Source: Myxococcota bacterium
GTDB lineage: Bacteria; Myxococcota_A; UBA796; GCA-2862545
Length of the DNA stretch: 46,753 nt
Assembly (NCBI GenBank): GCA_039208735.1
Contig: JBCCQY010000059.1
Coordinates: forward strand, 1-46,753
Direction of reading: 5' to 3'
Shown here: in pieces, positions 8,664 through 17,269 of the stretch
Layout: each line of letters opens with the position of its first letter
How positions within the stretch are numbered: the stretch's first letter is position 1
Translations under genes and position numbers: made by a program
The notes under the pieces: model-generated
Databases searched by the model: none
Seen by the model: only the letters and a program-made list of their open reading frames with translations
Told to the model about the DNA's origin: nothing

Positions 8664-11435
8664 ATGAGCGACGAGGAGACCCGTCCCGAGCTTCGTCGCA
8701 TCACCCTCGACGTGGCGCACCGACGGGGGGCCCGTCCCGGCTCGGTCCGGATTCCATCGGCGGATGGCGTTTTCACGACCTGGGAAGAGGAAGATGCGCA
8801 CCTTGCGCTTCCCATCACCGAAGATGTCACCGCCCGCTTCGACCAAGTACACGCCTTTCGGCATGCTGCGCTCGTGCCGTGGCAAGTCCTAGAACGCGCC
8901 GATGACGGATGGCTCGCCATTGCCGACTCGCTGCCGTCGACGGAGTTGCACGACGCATTCGCGGAGGACCCCAGCCAGCTCTCCGAATGGGCGCGTCAGT
9001 TGGTCGACCTCCTTGTGACGCTCCATGCCAACGGGCTCGCCCACGGCGGGCTTGAGGAAGCCCCCTTGCGGGTGGATGGCCTCGGACGCTTGCGGGTAGG
9101 CCCCATCGCGTTGACCCGAACCGGCCATGCCACGGCGGACCGTCGGGCGCTTGGAGCCCGATTCCTGCCCTACGCCAAAGGTCCGTTGGCCACCTGGTCG
9201 CAGCGTTTGGCAGAGTCCGGAGAGGAGGCCTGGCTCGAGGCCGGACGTGCCTTGCTACCCGCCCAAACCGCACGGCCCCGGTACCTTACGGGGGTCCCAC
9301 TCGGCCATGGCGGGATGGGAGACGTCTTTCGGGCTCACGACCGACGGCTGGATCGAAGCGTAGCCCAGAAGGTGCTGCGCCCGAACACCGACCGCGTGGA
9401 GCGATTCTTTCGAGAAGCACGACTCACCGCACGACTCCAACATCCCGGCATCGTCTCGGTTCACGACCTTGGCCAGAAGGAGTCCGGCGAGCCGTTCTAC
9501 GTCATGGAGGAGGTACGGGGAAGAAGCCTCGACATCATGAGCGCCCAGGCTGTGGGAACACCGGGCGGGTTGGTCCGAGTGGTCACCATCTTTGCTCGGC
9601 TCTGCGAAACTCTTGCCTACGCACATGCCCAGGGCGTCGTCCATCGCGACGTCAAGCCCGAAAACGTGATGGTGGGGGAGTTTGGGGAGGTCCGACTCGT
9701 GGACTGGGGGGTCGCCGCCGAAGTCGGTCAGCCCACGTTTCCCGCCGGAACGCCGGGCTACGCCGCTCCTGAGCAATGGGTCCCCGGCAACGCCGATCCG
9801 CGCCTCGATGTGTATGCGCTCGGGGTGCTGCTGCAAGAGCTGATTGGGGAAGACGGACCCGACGACCTTAAAGAACTCGGTCGGCGATGTGCTTCGGCCA
9901 CGGTCGACGAGCGGCCATCCAATGCGGGCCCCGTCGCAGAAGCGGTCCAAGCCTGGCTCGAGCGCCGGAATCGACGGGCTCAAGCCGATGCCGCGGTGGC
10001 GGAGGCCGAACCTCTGCGACAAGCCTCCACCACCCTTGCCGTCGAAGCTGAGACCTTGCGCAGCGAGGCTTCCGCCCAGTTGGGCGCCATTCCGACCTGG
10101 GCGCCCATCGAGCAGAAACGTGAGGCCTGGAATCTCGAAGATCGAGCCGACGCCGCCGAACGGGAAGCGGCGGAGGCCCGGGCCCGGTATGAGCAGCGCC
10201 TCCGGGCCGCATTGGAGTATGACCCCGCCCATCAGCCAGCCCTCGACGGCATCGCAGACCTCTACCGGACCCAGTTGCTCGATGCCGAGGCGGCCTCGCG
10301 CCGATCCGAAGTGGCCCGGATCGAGAACCTTTTGCGGCATCACGACGGAGGCCGACACCTCGGCTGGCTGCAAGGCGATGGGGCCCTGACATTGCTCACC
10401 GAACCCTCGGGAGCCACGGTAAACCTTGATCGATTCGAAGAGCGCGATCGACGGCAGGTCGCGGTGCCGGTCCGTGTCTTAGGCCAAACGCCGCTGCGCG
10501 AGGTCCGGCTGGCCCGAGGCAGCTGGTTGCTACGCATTCAACACCGGGACTGCGAAGAGGTTAGCTACCCCGTCTTTCTCGAACGCGAGGAACACTGGGA
10601 CGGCGTTCCCCCCGGTGAGCAAGCCCCAATGCCCATTCCCCTTCCGCCACGGGGAAGCCTTGACCCCCATGAGGTTTATGTACCGGCGGGTTGGTTTGTA
10701 TCGGGTGGCGATCCCGAAGCGACCGATGGGCTGCCACGGCGTCGGTTGTGGGTCGACGGGTTCGTGATGCAACGGTTTCCGGTCACCGTGGAGCAATACC
10801 TGGCTTTTCTTTCGGCCACGGAACCGCCGGTCGATGCGATTCCGCGCGTGCCCAACTCCGGAGGGGGCCTGCCGCTGTTTGAACCAACCCCCCGGGGCTG
10901 GCGGCGAACGGCTCACGGCATCGGTCCTTACGACCTTCAGAGAGACTGGCCAATCTCGGGAATCTCGTGGCAAGCCGCTCGAGCCTACGCTTCCTGGTGG
11001 TCGAGGCAAACCGGCCACGTTTGGGAGCTTCCCCACGATCAGGAGTGGGAAAAGGCGGCCCGGGGCGTCGACGGGCGGACGTTTCCATGGGGAAACCGGA
11101 TCGACGGTACCTTCGCCCGGTACACCTCTGCGCAGCAAGGGGTCTACACTCCGATCGCCGTGAACGAGTACCCCACGGACCGTTCCTGCTACGGACTGCG
11201 TGGGATGGCGGGCAACGTCCGGGATTGGTGCCGGAATGGGTATCTCCGGCTCGGGAACCCCGAACCGGGTCTTATCGAAGGCGCAAACATCGAGGGCGAC
11301 CCGCTGCGAATGACCCGAGGAGGAGGGTACGCATCAGCCGCGAAAAACCTACGCTGTGCCGCTCGGACGGTACTCCGATACGATGGGTTTCTCGCGCTCA
11401 TCGGATTCCGGCTCGTCAGACCTTTAGCGCACTAA
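8664..11435 (+). CDS. Ser/Thr protein kinase fused to a PEGA-like linker and a formylglycine-generating-enzyme (SUMF1/FGE-sulfatase) domain
   Basis: LGHGGMGDV, VAQK, HRDVKPEN, DWG and GTPGYAAPE. C-terminal LPHDQEWEKAARG.DGR.FPWG, GMAGNVRDW, RGGGY and GFRLV. Confidence 0.92.
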   Translation: MSDEETRPELRRITLDVAHRRGARPGSVRIPSADGVFTTWEEEDAHLALPITEDVTARFDQVHAFRHAALVPWQVLERADDGWLAIADSLPSTELHDAFAEDPSQLSEWARQLVDLLVTLHANGLAHGGLEEAPLRVDGLGRLRVGPIALTRTGHATADRRALGARFLPYAKGPLATWSQRLAESGEEAWLEAGRALLPAQTARPRYLTGVPLGHGGMGDVFRAHDRRLDRSVAQKVLRPNTDRVERFFREARLTARLQHPGIVSVHDLGQKESGEPFYVMEEVRGRSLDIMSAQAVGTPGGLVRVVTIFARLCETLAYAHAQGVVHRDVKPENVMVGEFGEVRLVDWGVAAEVGQPTFPAGTPGYAAPEQWVPGNADPRLDVYALGVLLQELIGEDGPDDLKELGRRCASATVDERPSNAGPVAEAVQAWLERRNRRAQADAAVAEAEPLRQASTTLAVEAETLRSEASAQLGAIPTWAPIEQKREAWNLEDRADAAEREAAEARARYEQRLRAALEYDPAHQPALDGIADLYRTQLLDAEAASRRSEVARIENLLRHHDGGRHLGWLQGDGALTLLTEPSGATVNLDRFEERDRRQVAVPVRVLGQTPLREVRLARGSWLLRIQHRDCEEVSYPVFLEREEHWDGVPPGEQAPMPIPLPPRGSLDPHEVYVPAGWFVSGGDPEATDGLPRRRLWVDGFVMQRFPVTVEQYLAFLSATEPPVDAIPRVPNSGGGLPLFEPTPRGWRRTAHGIGPYDLQRDWPISGISWQAARAYASWWSRQTGHVWELPHDQEWEKAARGVDGRTFPWGNRIDGTFARYTSAQQGVYTPIAVNEYPTDRSCYGLRGMAGNVRDWCRNGYLRLGNPEPGLIEGANIEGDPLRMTRGGGYASAAKNLRCAARTVLRYDGFLALIGFRLVRPLAH

Positions 11436-12162
11436 GCGCCATCGTTGAGTAGTATGGCAGGCTGGCGCCCGGGGGAGGCCATTGGGTCAGTTTCACGAAC
11501 CGCCACGTTCCCGTCGGACTGGGCTGGATCAAATCGAACGGCGCGTAGGATCGCGCCGCAAACCACTGTTGAACCTTGTCCTTCCGAACAACCAAGGCGC
11601 CAGCGGGGGCGGGAAACCGAGGATCCGTTTCAATGATGTAGGAGGCGCGAACCTGGGGGTCCGCCGTCGCCGGCACGGGCCCACCGTTAGCATTCTGCCT
11701 GGGAAACGCGGTTTGTTTGTATCGAGTCCGATCCCAGTCGACCCGTACAAGCTGGGGCCAACCCGATGACTTCATTACAAACGTGCCTGGCCAGGCCTGA
11801 CCGCTCTTCCAAAGCCAGTCTTCCTGGCCTGGTTTCAGACTTGCAAACAGCAAATCCATCAACGTCTGATCCACCTTCTTCTTTGCCAGTGCATCCATTA
11901 CACCCTGCGCATCGGGACTGCAGAGCACCAGCTGTCCGAGCCGCTGCGTGTCGGTCGCGTTCCAAATCGGGTGCGTCCACAAAAACGGATTGGTGACCCG
12001 CTTTGTCGCTCTCGACCACCTCAATGGTGCAAAGGAGGGAGACTTCGCCAGCTGGTCGAGAAAGTTGAACGTGGTCCCGTTCAGGTCCGGAATCTCAACC
12101 AGGCTGTCTGTTTCGCTCGCGAAGACCTCAACCCCCGTACGAACACCAACCACGCGAATCAT
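11416..12162 (-). CDS. Hypothetical protein (248 aa), translationally coupled to the S8 peptidase
   Basis: ATG 12162 overlaps the TGA of the upstream gene (ATGA). Trp/Pro-rich with no recognised motif; 3' end overlaps the kinase gene by 20 nt. Confidence 0.6.
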   Translation of the reverse strand: MIRVVGVRTGVEVFASETDSLVEIPDLNGTTFNFLDQLAKSPSFAPLRWSRATKRVTNPFLWTHPIWNATDTQRLGQLVLCSPDAQGVMDALAKKKVDQTLMDLLFASLKPGQEDWLWKSGQAWPGTFVMKSSGWPQLVRVDWDRTRYKQTAFPRQNANGGPVPATADPQVRASYIIETDPRFPAPAGALVVRKDKVQQWFAARSYAPFDLIQPSPTGTWRFVKLTQWPPPGASLPYYSTMALSALKV

Positions 12163-14315
12163 CGCGCACCTCCAACCCACCGTACGCCCCACCGGATGTC
12201 GCCCCTCACCAGTTCGAGCACATCGGCACGGGACGCAATGCCGGGCTGATCGGTATTCAGCCCTACAACAATGGCCTGCGTCCGTCGGTTCGGCTCGATG
12301 GCTCGTCCTTGTACGACCACGAAGCCTCCTGCGTAGACCGTGGCTTGGTTGAGGTTGTGCAGGGGCAGCGCCTCGTAGGCGTCGGGGCGGTCGCCCACGA
12401 TGCGCCACGCCGAGATTCGTCCCTCCCAGTCGTCGACTCCTCGATTCGACACGCGAACGTAGAGCATCCGCGTGCGCCCATCTGGGGCGTCTTCCGACAA
12501 GCGTTCGTGGTGTCGAGCAGCAAGCCCCCACCGCGCTTGCAGATCGACCGCGTCGCCCCGGAAAGCGACGCGACGCACGAACACGTCAGGGGAACTGGCT
12601 CCGTCCGCGAGCTTGGCTCGGTCGGCGACCTCCCCGCGGTCCAGCAGGGTCGACCGAAGGTAAGGCACCGCGCCGTCCTGCAACCAGTCCAACGTCCGCC
12701 GCCAGTCGACACGGCCAAATCCGGTACCCCGGTCCCACCCGCTCAAGGCCCGCACATCGGTAGGTCCTCCCGAACGGCCGCGGGTAATGTCACGACCATT
12801 GGCCATCAGCACGTTGCGAACCGATGCCGGTCGAAGTCCGGGATGCTGCTGCAGCAAGACGGCGGCAACCCCCGCCACCTGAGCCGCCGCCATGGACGTC
12901 CCCGAGGTAAGCACTTGGCCGTCTCCACGCGCTCCGCCGTCGGGCTTTTGATCCATCACGGAATCCGGACTCGTCGAGGTCTTGAAGAACCCAGGCAACT
13001 CGCCCTCGGGAGCGGGCGGCGCAACCAAACCGCAAACTTCGGGCGACTGGCGACTCGGGTTGCCAAGATCCTTCGACGCCGCGAAGACCTCGCTGCGAAA
13101 GTGAGTCGCGACGGACGACGCCACGTAGTCGGACCCTTCGACGGCGACCCCACCCACCAGCAGCGCATCGGGGTGGGCGATGGGGTGAAGGTCAGCCCGC
13201 AGACCCTGGGTGCGAAGGAGCGGCTCCTTGACCACGTCGCGCCACTTCGTCTTGCTCGACGTGGCCGGCACGTTGATTTCGATCGGGGGCTTTGCCACCT
13301 TCGCCGGGTCGATGTCCACCATCGCCCCGTTGCCGGACGCAAACACCACCAAGACGTTGTTTCGCGTGGCCTCGGCAATCTCGCGCTGTAACGCCACCGA
13401 TAGATCGGCCATGACCCAGCTGCAAAGGACAATGTCGGGCCAAGGCGTGGTGGCTCCCCCTCGCCATTCCGGCCACACCGCCCGCTGAAACGCCGCCACC
13501 GGGTAGTTTCGAACTCCGGAATGGTCGGTGTACTTGATGCTTCGTACGTCAACTTCCGGTGCCACGGTCAGCAAATGGTGCAGCACCGAGGTGCCATGCC
13601 CACGTTCATCGGTGTTGGGATCCAGTCCGGCGAGGGCAGGCCCCCGGTCGAGCCGTGGGTCGGCAGGCAAGCCCCGCGACACCCCGGAGTCCACGACCGC
13701 CACCTTGACTCCCTGACCCCTCGCTGAGCCCTGAACCTCGAGGAACTTGAGCACTTCTTGAATCGGCTTGTCGCGAAGCGGAAACCGCCCTCCACCCGGC
13801 GGCGGGGTCGGGCCGGTGGTGCCGGAATTCCCGGTTTGCGTCGCACAGCCCACCACCGCCGCCGCGGCCATCCCTTGCAGCACGGCCCGACGACTCGGGC
13901 TCACCGATATCGCGTAGGGCATGATTTCCAAGGCCGCGACCGAGGGGCCCAGCAGCGGAATCCCCCCTTCCGTGCCCTGAAACGAATAAACCGCATGACC
14001 GGCAAGCGGGTAGGGCTCAATGTCGAAGTGCTGCAGGAAGTCGTCGGTCGTCCCACTGAACGACAGGCCCACCGGAGTGCGAGCTTCGATTCGAAAGTGG
14101 CGGTTGAGACGGTTCTCGATGGCGTCCACCGACGAGAGGTCTGGCATGTAGGACACGTCACGACCGTGGTGGATGTTCCAAAACTTCACCCGATCCAGCT
14201 CATACTTGGCATCGCCACTGCGCCCCGCGTCCTCGTCGTACCAACTCGGGTTCGTGATCTCCCCGAAGATCAGGCTTGCCATGGCCCTCGGTTCAAAGTC
14301 GTTGCTCGCCATCAT
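12159..14315 (-). CDS. Subtilisin-like S8 serine peptidase
   Basis: Catalytic triad VAVVDSG / GHGT / SGTSMAA; oxyanion FASGNG; 'WDRGTGFG'. Start at ATG 14315 or 14312. Confidence 0.9.
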   Translation of the reverse strand: MMASNDFEPRAMASLIFGEITNPSWYDEDAGRSGDAKYELDRVKFWNIHHGRDVSYMPDLSSVDAIENRLNRHFRIEARTPVGLSFSGTTDDFLQHFDIEPYPLAGHAVYSFQGTEGGIPLLGPSVAALEIMPYAISVSPSRRAVLQGMAAAAVVGCATQTGNSGTTGPTPPPGGGRFPLRDKPIQEVLKFLEVQGSARGQGVKVAVVDSGVSRGLPADPRLDRGPALAGLDPNTDERGHGTSVLHHLLTVAPEVDVRSIKYTDHSGVRNYPVAAFQRAVWPEWRGGATTPWPDIVLCSWVMADLSVALQREIAEATRNNVLVVFASGNGAMVDIDPAKVAKPPIEINVPATSSKTKWRDVVKEPLLRTQGLRADLHPIAHPDALLVGGVAVEGSDYVASSVATHFRSEVFAASKDLGNPSRQSPEVCGLVAPPAPEGELPGFFKTSTSPDSVMDQKPDGGARGDGQVLTSGTSMAAAQVAGVAAVLLQQHPGLRPASVRNVLMANGRDITRGRSGGPTDVRALSGWDRGTGFGRVDWRRTLDWLQDGAVPYLRSTLLDRGEVADRAKLADGASSPDVFVRRVAFRGDAVDLQARWGLAARHHERLSEDAPDGRTRMLYVRVSNRGVDDWEGRISAWRIVGDRPDAYEALPLHNLNQATVYAGGFVVVQGRAIEPNRRTQAIVVGLNTDQPGIASRADVLELVRGDIRWGVRWVGGAR

Positions 14316-14458
14316 CCCCCCTGGCTGGCCGCACCCTACACAAAGCCAAGCCGGACCCCAACCGCCCCCGGTGGTTTCCAACCTTGGAGGAAACGGAAGA
14401 CAGGGAGTCCGGCCGGCTTCGGTGCCCTGAGCTAGGCCGGGACGCAAGGCAGAGGCTT

Positions 14459-14484
14459 CGCGAAAGCTCTCGGAAAGCTTCGCG
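14459..14484 (-). terminator. Hairpin downstream of the RidA-family gene
   Basis: CGCGAA(A)GCT...AGCTTCGCG inverted repeat immediately after the stop codon; no clear U-tract. Confidence 0.35.
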
Positions 14485-14486
14485 CG

Positions 14487-14876
14487 TCAGCCTCGCGCAA
14501 CGATGGCCACCGCCTCAATCTCGACCAACATGTCGGGGTCCACGAGGCCTTTGACCTCCACCATCGCGGTTGCCGGGCGAATATCGGCAAACACGCGCCC
14601 GTGCTCCTTCGCGATGGGTTCCCACTGCGAAATGTCGGTGACGAACATGCGCGTTCGCACCACATCGGCCAGACTCGCATCGAGTTCGACCAGCGCCTGC
14701 TCGATGATCTCCAGACAACGGCGGGTCTGTAATGCAGGATCTCCCTTGCCCATCAGCTCGCCATCGGGACCCGTCGCCGTGGTGCCCGAAACGTGAATCG
14801 TGTCCCCCATCCGAACGGCTCTCGCGTAGCCCGCAATCGCTTCCCAAGGCGCCCCAGATTGTACGGATCGGCGCAT
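14487..14876 (-). CDS. RidA/YjgF/YER057c family protein
   Basis: GAPWE...GYARAVR.G..IHVSGTT, DVVRTRMFV, IRPATAMVEV and LVEIEA. GGAGG upstream. Confidence 0.92.
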   Translation of the reverse strand: MRRSVQSGAPWEAIAGYARAVRMGDTIHVSGTTATGPDGELMGKGDPALQTRRCLEIIEQALVELDASLADVVRTRMFVTDISQWEPIAKEHGRVFADIRPATAMVEVKGLVDPDMLVEIEAVAIVARG

Positions 14877-14911
14877 GATCAACCTCCCTCTTCCGCGATG
14901 GTTCGAGGGGC

Positions 14912-15871
14912 TTACCTCCACAACAGGGTGCTGTCGCCGAACTCATGGTTGCGGTACCCAACCGCCTGGGCATGCGCGTTTGCGGCCAGCAGAACGTCGC
15001 GATCGGCGAACGCCTCCATGAGCGCGAAGTGGGACTCTCCAGGCTCGTGCATGCCTGAAAGCAGACCGTCGACAACCTGCAGCGTCGTGGTGGGGCCGAT
15101 CCGCAACCCGGTGACGCCCGCAAGCGGTCCGTCGACGGCACTTTCGAGGGCGCGAACCACCGAGGTTCCGACCGCCACCACGCGGCGAGCGGCCTGTACG
15201 GCGGCCCAGGTCGCGTCAGGCACCGCGTAGCGCTCGGGTAGCGGTAAGACCTCATCCAACGCCGGTTCACCCGTCGAGGACAACCCCGCTGCATGGGTCA
15301 AGGCCACCACCTCCACTCCATGCATCTTCAGCTGGCTTTGCAACGCCAGCGTCAGTGGACGCCCCGCGGACGGCATTTCGACCGCCCATGGATGGGTCCC
15401 GTACGGCGTTTGAACGTCGGCCAGCTGAAGGTCGCGGTCGAGGTAGCTGTACTGAACGGGGCGGCCCGCGGCCCAGACCAGCGACAGCGCCACTCCCACT
15501 CGCAACAAGCGCGGATGGTCAGGATGTACATCGCGAACCTCAACCGAGGCGCCGGACACCGCAATCCGATCGCCGACCCGAACCTGCGGGGGCGGAGGCC
15601 TCAACTCGGTGGGCGAACGCCAATCTCCTGCCCCGAACAACACGGCCCAGGCCTCCTCCACAGGCGCTTCCGCGAGCCGGAGTTCGACGTCTTCTCCGTG
15701 CACTCGACCCTTGATCGAGGCCGGTAGCGTGAAGGCGTCATTGACCACCAGCACATCGCCCGCTTCGAGCAAGCTCGGGAGATCGCCTACGTGGTGGTCC
15801 GACCACGCGCCCTGGGCAATGGTCAGCAACCGCGCGCCATACACCGACCGAGGGTAGGTTGCCGGCTTCAT
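14912..15871 (-). CDS. QueA-like protein (S-adenosylmethionine:tRNA ribosyltransferase-isomerase paralogue)
   Basis: GDVLVVND, QTPYG..PWAVEMPSAGRPLT, THAAGLSS, AVGTSVVRALES, DGLLSGMHEP and YRNHEFGDS correspond to QueA motifs but deviate from the canonical forms. Confidence 0.85.
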   Translation of the reverse strand: MKPATYPRSVYGARLLTIAQGAWSDHHVGDLPSLLEAGDVLVVNDAFTLPASIKGRVHGEDVELRLAEAPVEEAWAVLFGAGDWRSPTELRPPPPQVRVGDRIAVSGASVEVRDVHPDHPRLLRVGVALSLVWAAGRPVQYSYLDRDLQLADVQTPYGTHPWAVEMPSAGRPLTLALQSQLKMHGVEVVALTHAAGLSSTGEPALDEVLPLPERYAVPDATWAAVQAARRVVAVGTSVVRALESAVDGPLAGVTGLRIGPTTTLQVVDGLLSGMHEPGESHFALMEAFADRDVLLAANAHAQAVGYRNHEFGDSTLLWR

Positions 15872-16557
15872 GCTTGCACCTCCACCCGCCCGCCCGTCGG
15901 CCAGTCGCCCAGCTGACGCAGCAACCCTTCGGCCACCGCCTCGGGTCGCGCAAGCGTGCTTGGATCGGCATCCGGCATGGCGGCTGCGTGCATCGCGGTG
16001 TCCATCTCGCCAGGGTCCACGGCGATGAACCGCACCTCTGGTACTTCCGCAGCCCAGATCCGGGCCAGATGATCGAGGCCTGCCTTGGACACCCCGTAGG
16101 CACCCCAGGTCGGGTAGGCCTCTACCGCCGCATCCGAACTCACGAACACCACCGTTCCCCGCCCTCGCAAGGCCATGGCCCCGGCCACGAGCCGCGTGAG
16201 TCGAAATGGAGCGGCGAGGTTCACCTCGAGGACCCGGTCGAAGTCTCCTTCCGTGAGGTCGAGCAGCGGACGTAGGGGGGTGGGGCCTAACGTCGACGCG
16301 GCATGAACCAGCAACTCGATCGGACCGAGCTGGCTCTGCACTGCACCGACGATGCGCGCCGCTGCGCCGGGATCGGCCACATCGCCAGCCACCGCGAGCG
16401 CGCCGGGCACCTCTGAGACGACGTCCTGCAAAGCCTCTTCACTCCTTGCCACCCCCGCCACCGGCCAGCCCTGGGCGGCCAACCGAAGCATCAACGCCCG
16501 GCCCAACCCCTGACTCGCGCCGGTGATCAGCGCGGTTCGACGTAGTTCCTTCGACAT
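15868..16557 (-). CDS. SDR-family NAD(P)-dependent oxidoreductase
   Basis: TGASQGLG, catalytic YGVSK and DPGEMDT. AGGAGG SD; stop overlaps the QueA-like start (ATGA). Confidence 0.92.
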   Translation of the reverse strand: MSKELRRTALITGASQGLGRALMLRLAAQGWPVAGVARSEEALQDVVSEVPGALAVAGDVADPGAAARIVGAVQSQLGPIELLVHAASTLGPTPLRPLLDLTEGDFDRVLEVNLAAPFRLTRLVAGAMALRGRGTVVFVSSDAAVEAYPTWGAYGVSKAGLDHLARIWAAEVPEVRFIAVDPGEMDTAMHAAAMPDADPSTLARPEAVAEGLLRQLGDWPTGGRVEVQA

Positions 16558-16590
16558 CTCGACACCTCCTGGGGTCCTTGAATCACGTTC

Positions 16591-16626
16591 TTGATACAAC
16601 GTCATCAATGTTGTCGATACATTGTC
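16591..16626. promoter_or_regulatory. Operator-like repeats in the divergent SDR / XRE-cupin promoter region
   Basis: Direct repeat GATACAACGTC (16593-603) / GATACATTGTC (16616-626); inverted repeats CAATGT/ACATTG (16606-11/16619-24) and TTGAT/ATCAA. Confidence 0.5.
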
Positions 16627-16646
16627 GGAAGGTCGACGGAGCAACC

Positions 16647-17195
16647 ATGGTGGGAACCGAAGAAGCCTCGCAAAACCTGGCCCAAAGCCTGTCACAGCTC
16701 CGAGAACTGCGGGGCTGGACCCAACAGCGGCTCGCGGATCTCGCGGGAGTGCCGCGCCCCACGGTGGCGAACCTCGAGTCAGGCTCCGCCAACCCGACCC
16801 TGGCCGTGCTCGTTCGACTGGCCACCGCCCTGCAGGTGACGCTCGATGAGTTGGTGAGCCCGCCTCGGGCGACCGCCCGGCTTTACCGTCGGGCCGAACT
16901 ACCCACGCAGCAGCGTGGCACGGTCGAAGTCCGCCAGCTTTTGCCCGATGCGATTCCCGGCGTCACCGTCGAACGTCTCGCATTGCCCCCGGGTCAACGC
17001 TTGGTCGGGGTCCCCCACAAGCCAGGAACCCGCGAGTACCTCACCTGCGAAGTGGGACACGTGCGGCTCACGGCAAGTGGCGAGAACTTCGACCTCGATG
17101 AAGGCGACGTCGTGGTGTTCCGTGGCGATCAGAGACACAGCTACCACAACCCGATCGATACCCCCGCCGTTGTGTATTCGGTCGTCCTCCCATGA
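16647..17195 (+). CDS. XRE-family HTH regulator with cupin sensor domain
   Basis: LRELRGWTQQRLA...LESGSANPTL; cupin motifs PHKPGTREYL and GDVVVFRGDQRHSY. Confidence 0.92.
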   Translation: MVGTEEASQNLAQSLSQLRELRGWTQQRLADLAGVPRPTVANLESGSANPTLAVLVRLATALQVTLDELVSPPRATARLYRRAELPTQQRGTVEVRQLLPDAIPGVTVERLALPPGQRLVGVPHKPGTREYLTCEVGHVRLTASGENFDLDEGDVVVFRGDQRHSYHNPIDTPAVVYSVVLP

Positions 17196-17269
17196 ACGCA
17201 GGAAACGAGCTGGCCGTCTGTATTCATAAAACATACGGATGACAGCATGCGTACCGGAGGAGGTTCCGC

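Noticed and set aside
11416..12162. Bacterial gasdermin next to the protease
   Set aside because: No N-terminal Cys or recognisable gasdermin pattern; kept only as an orphan partner.
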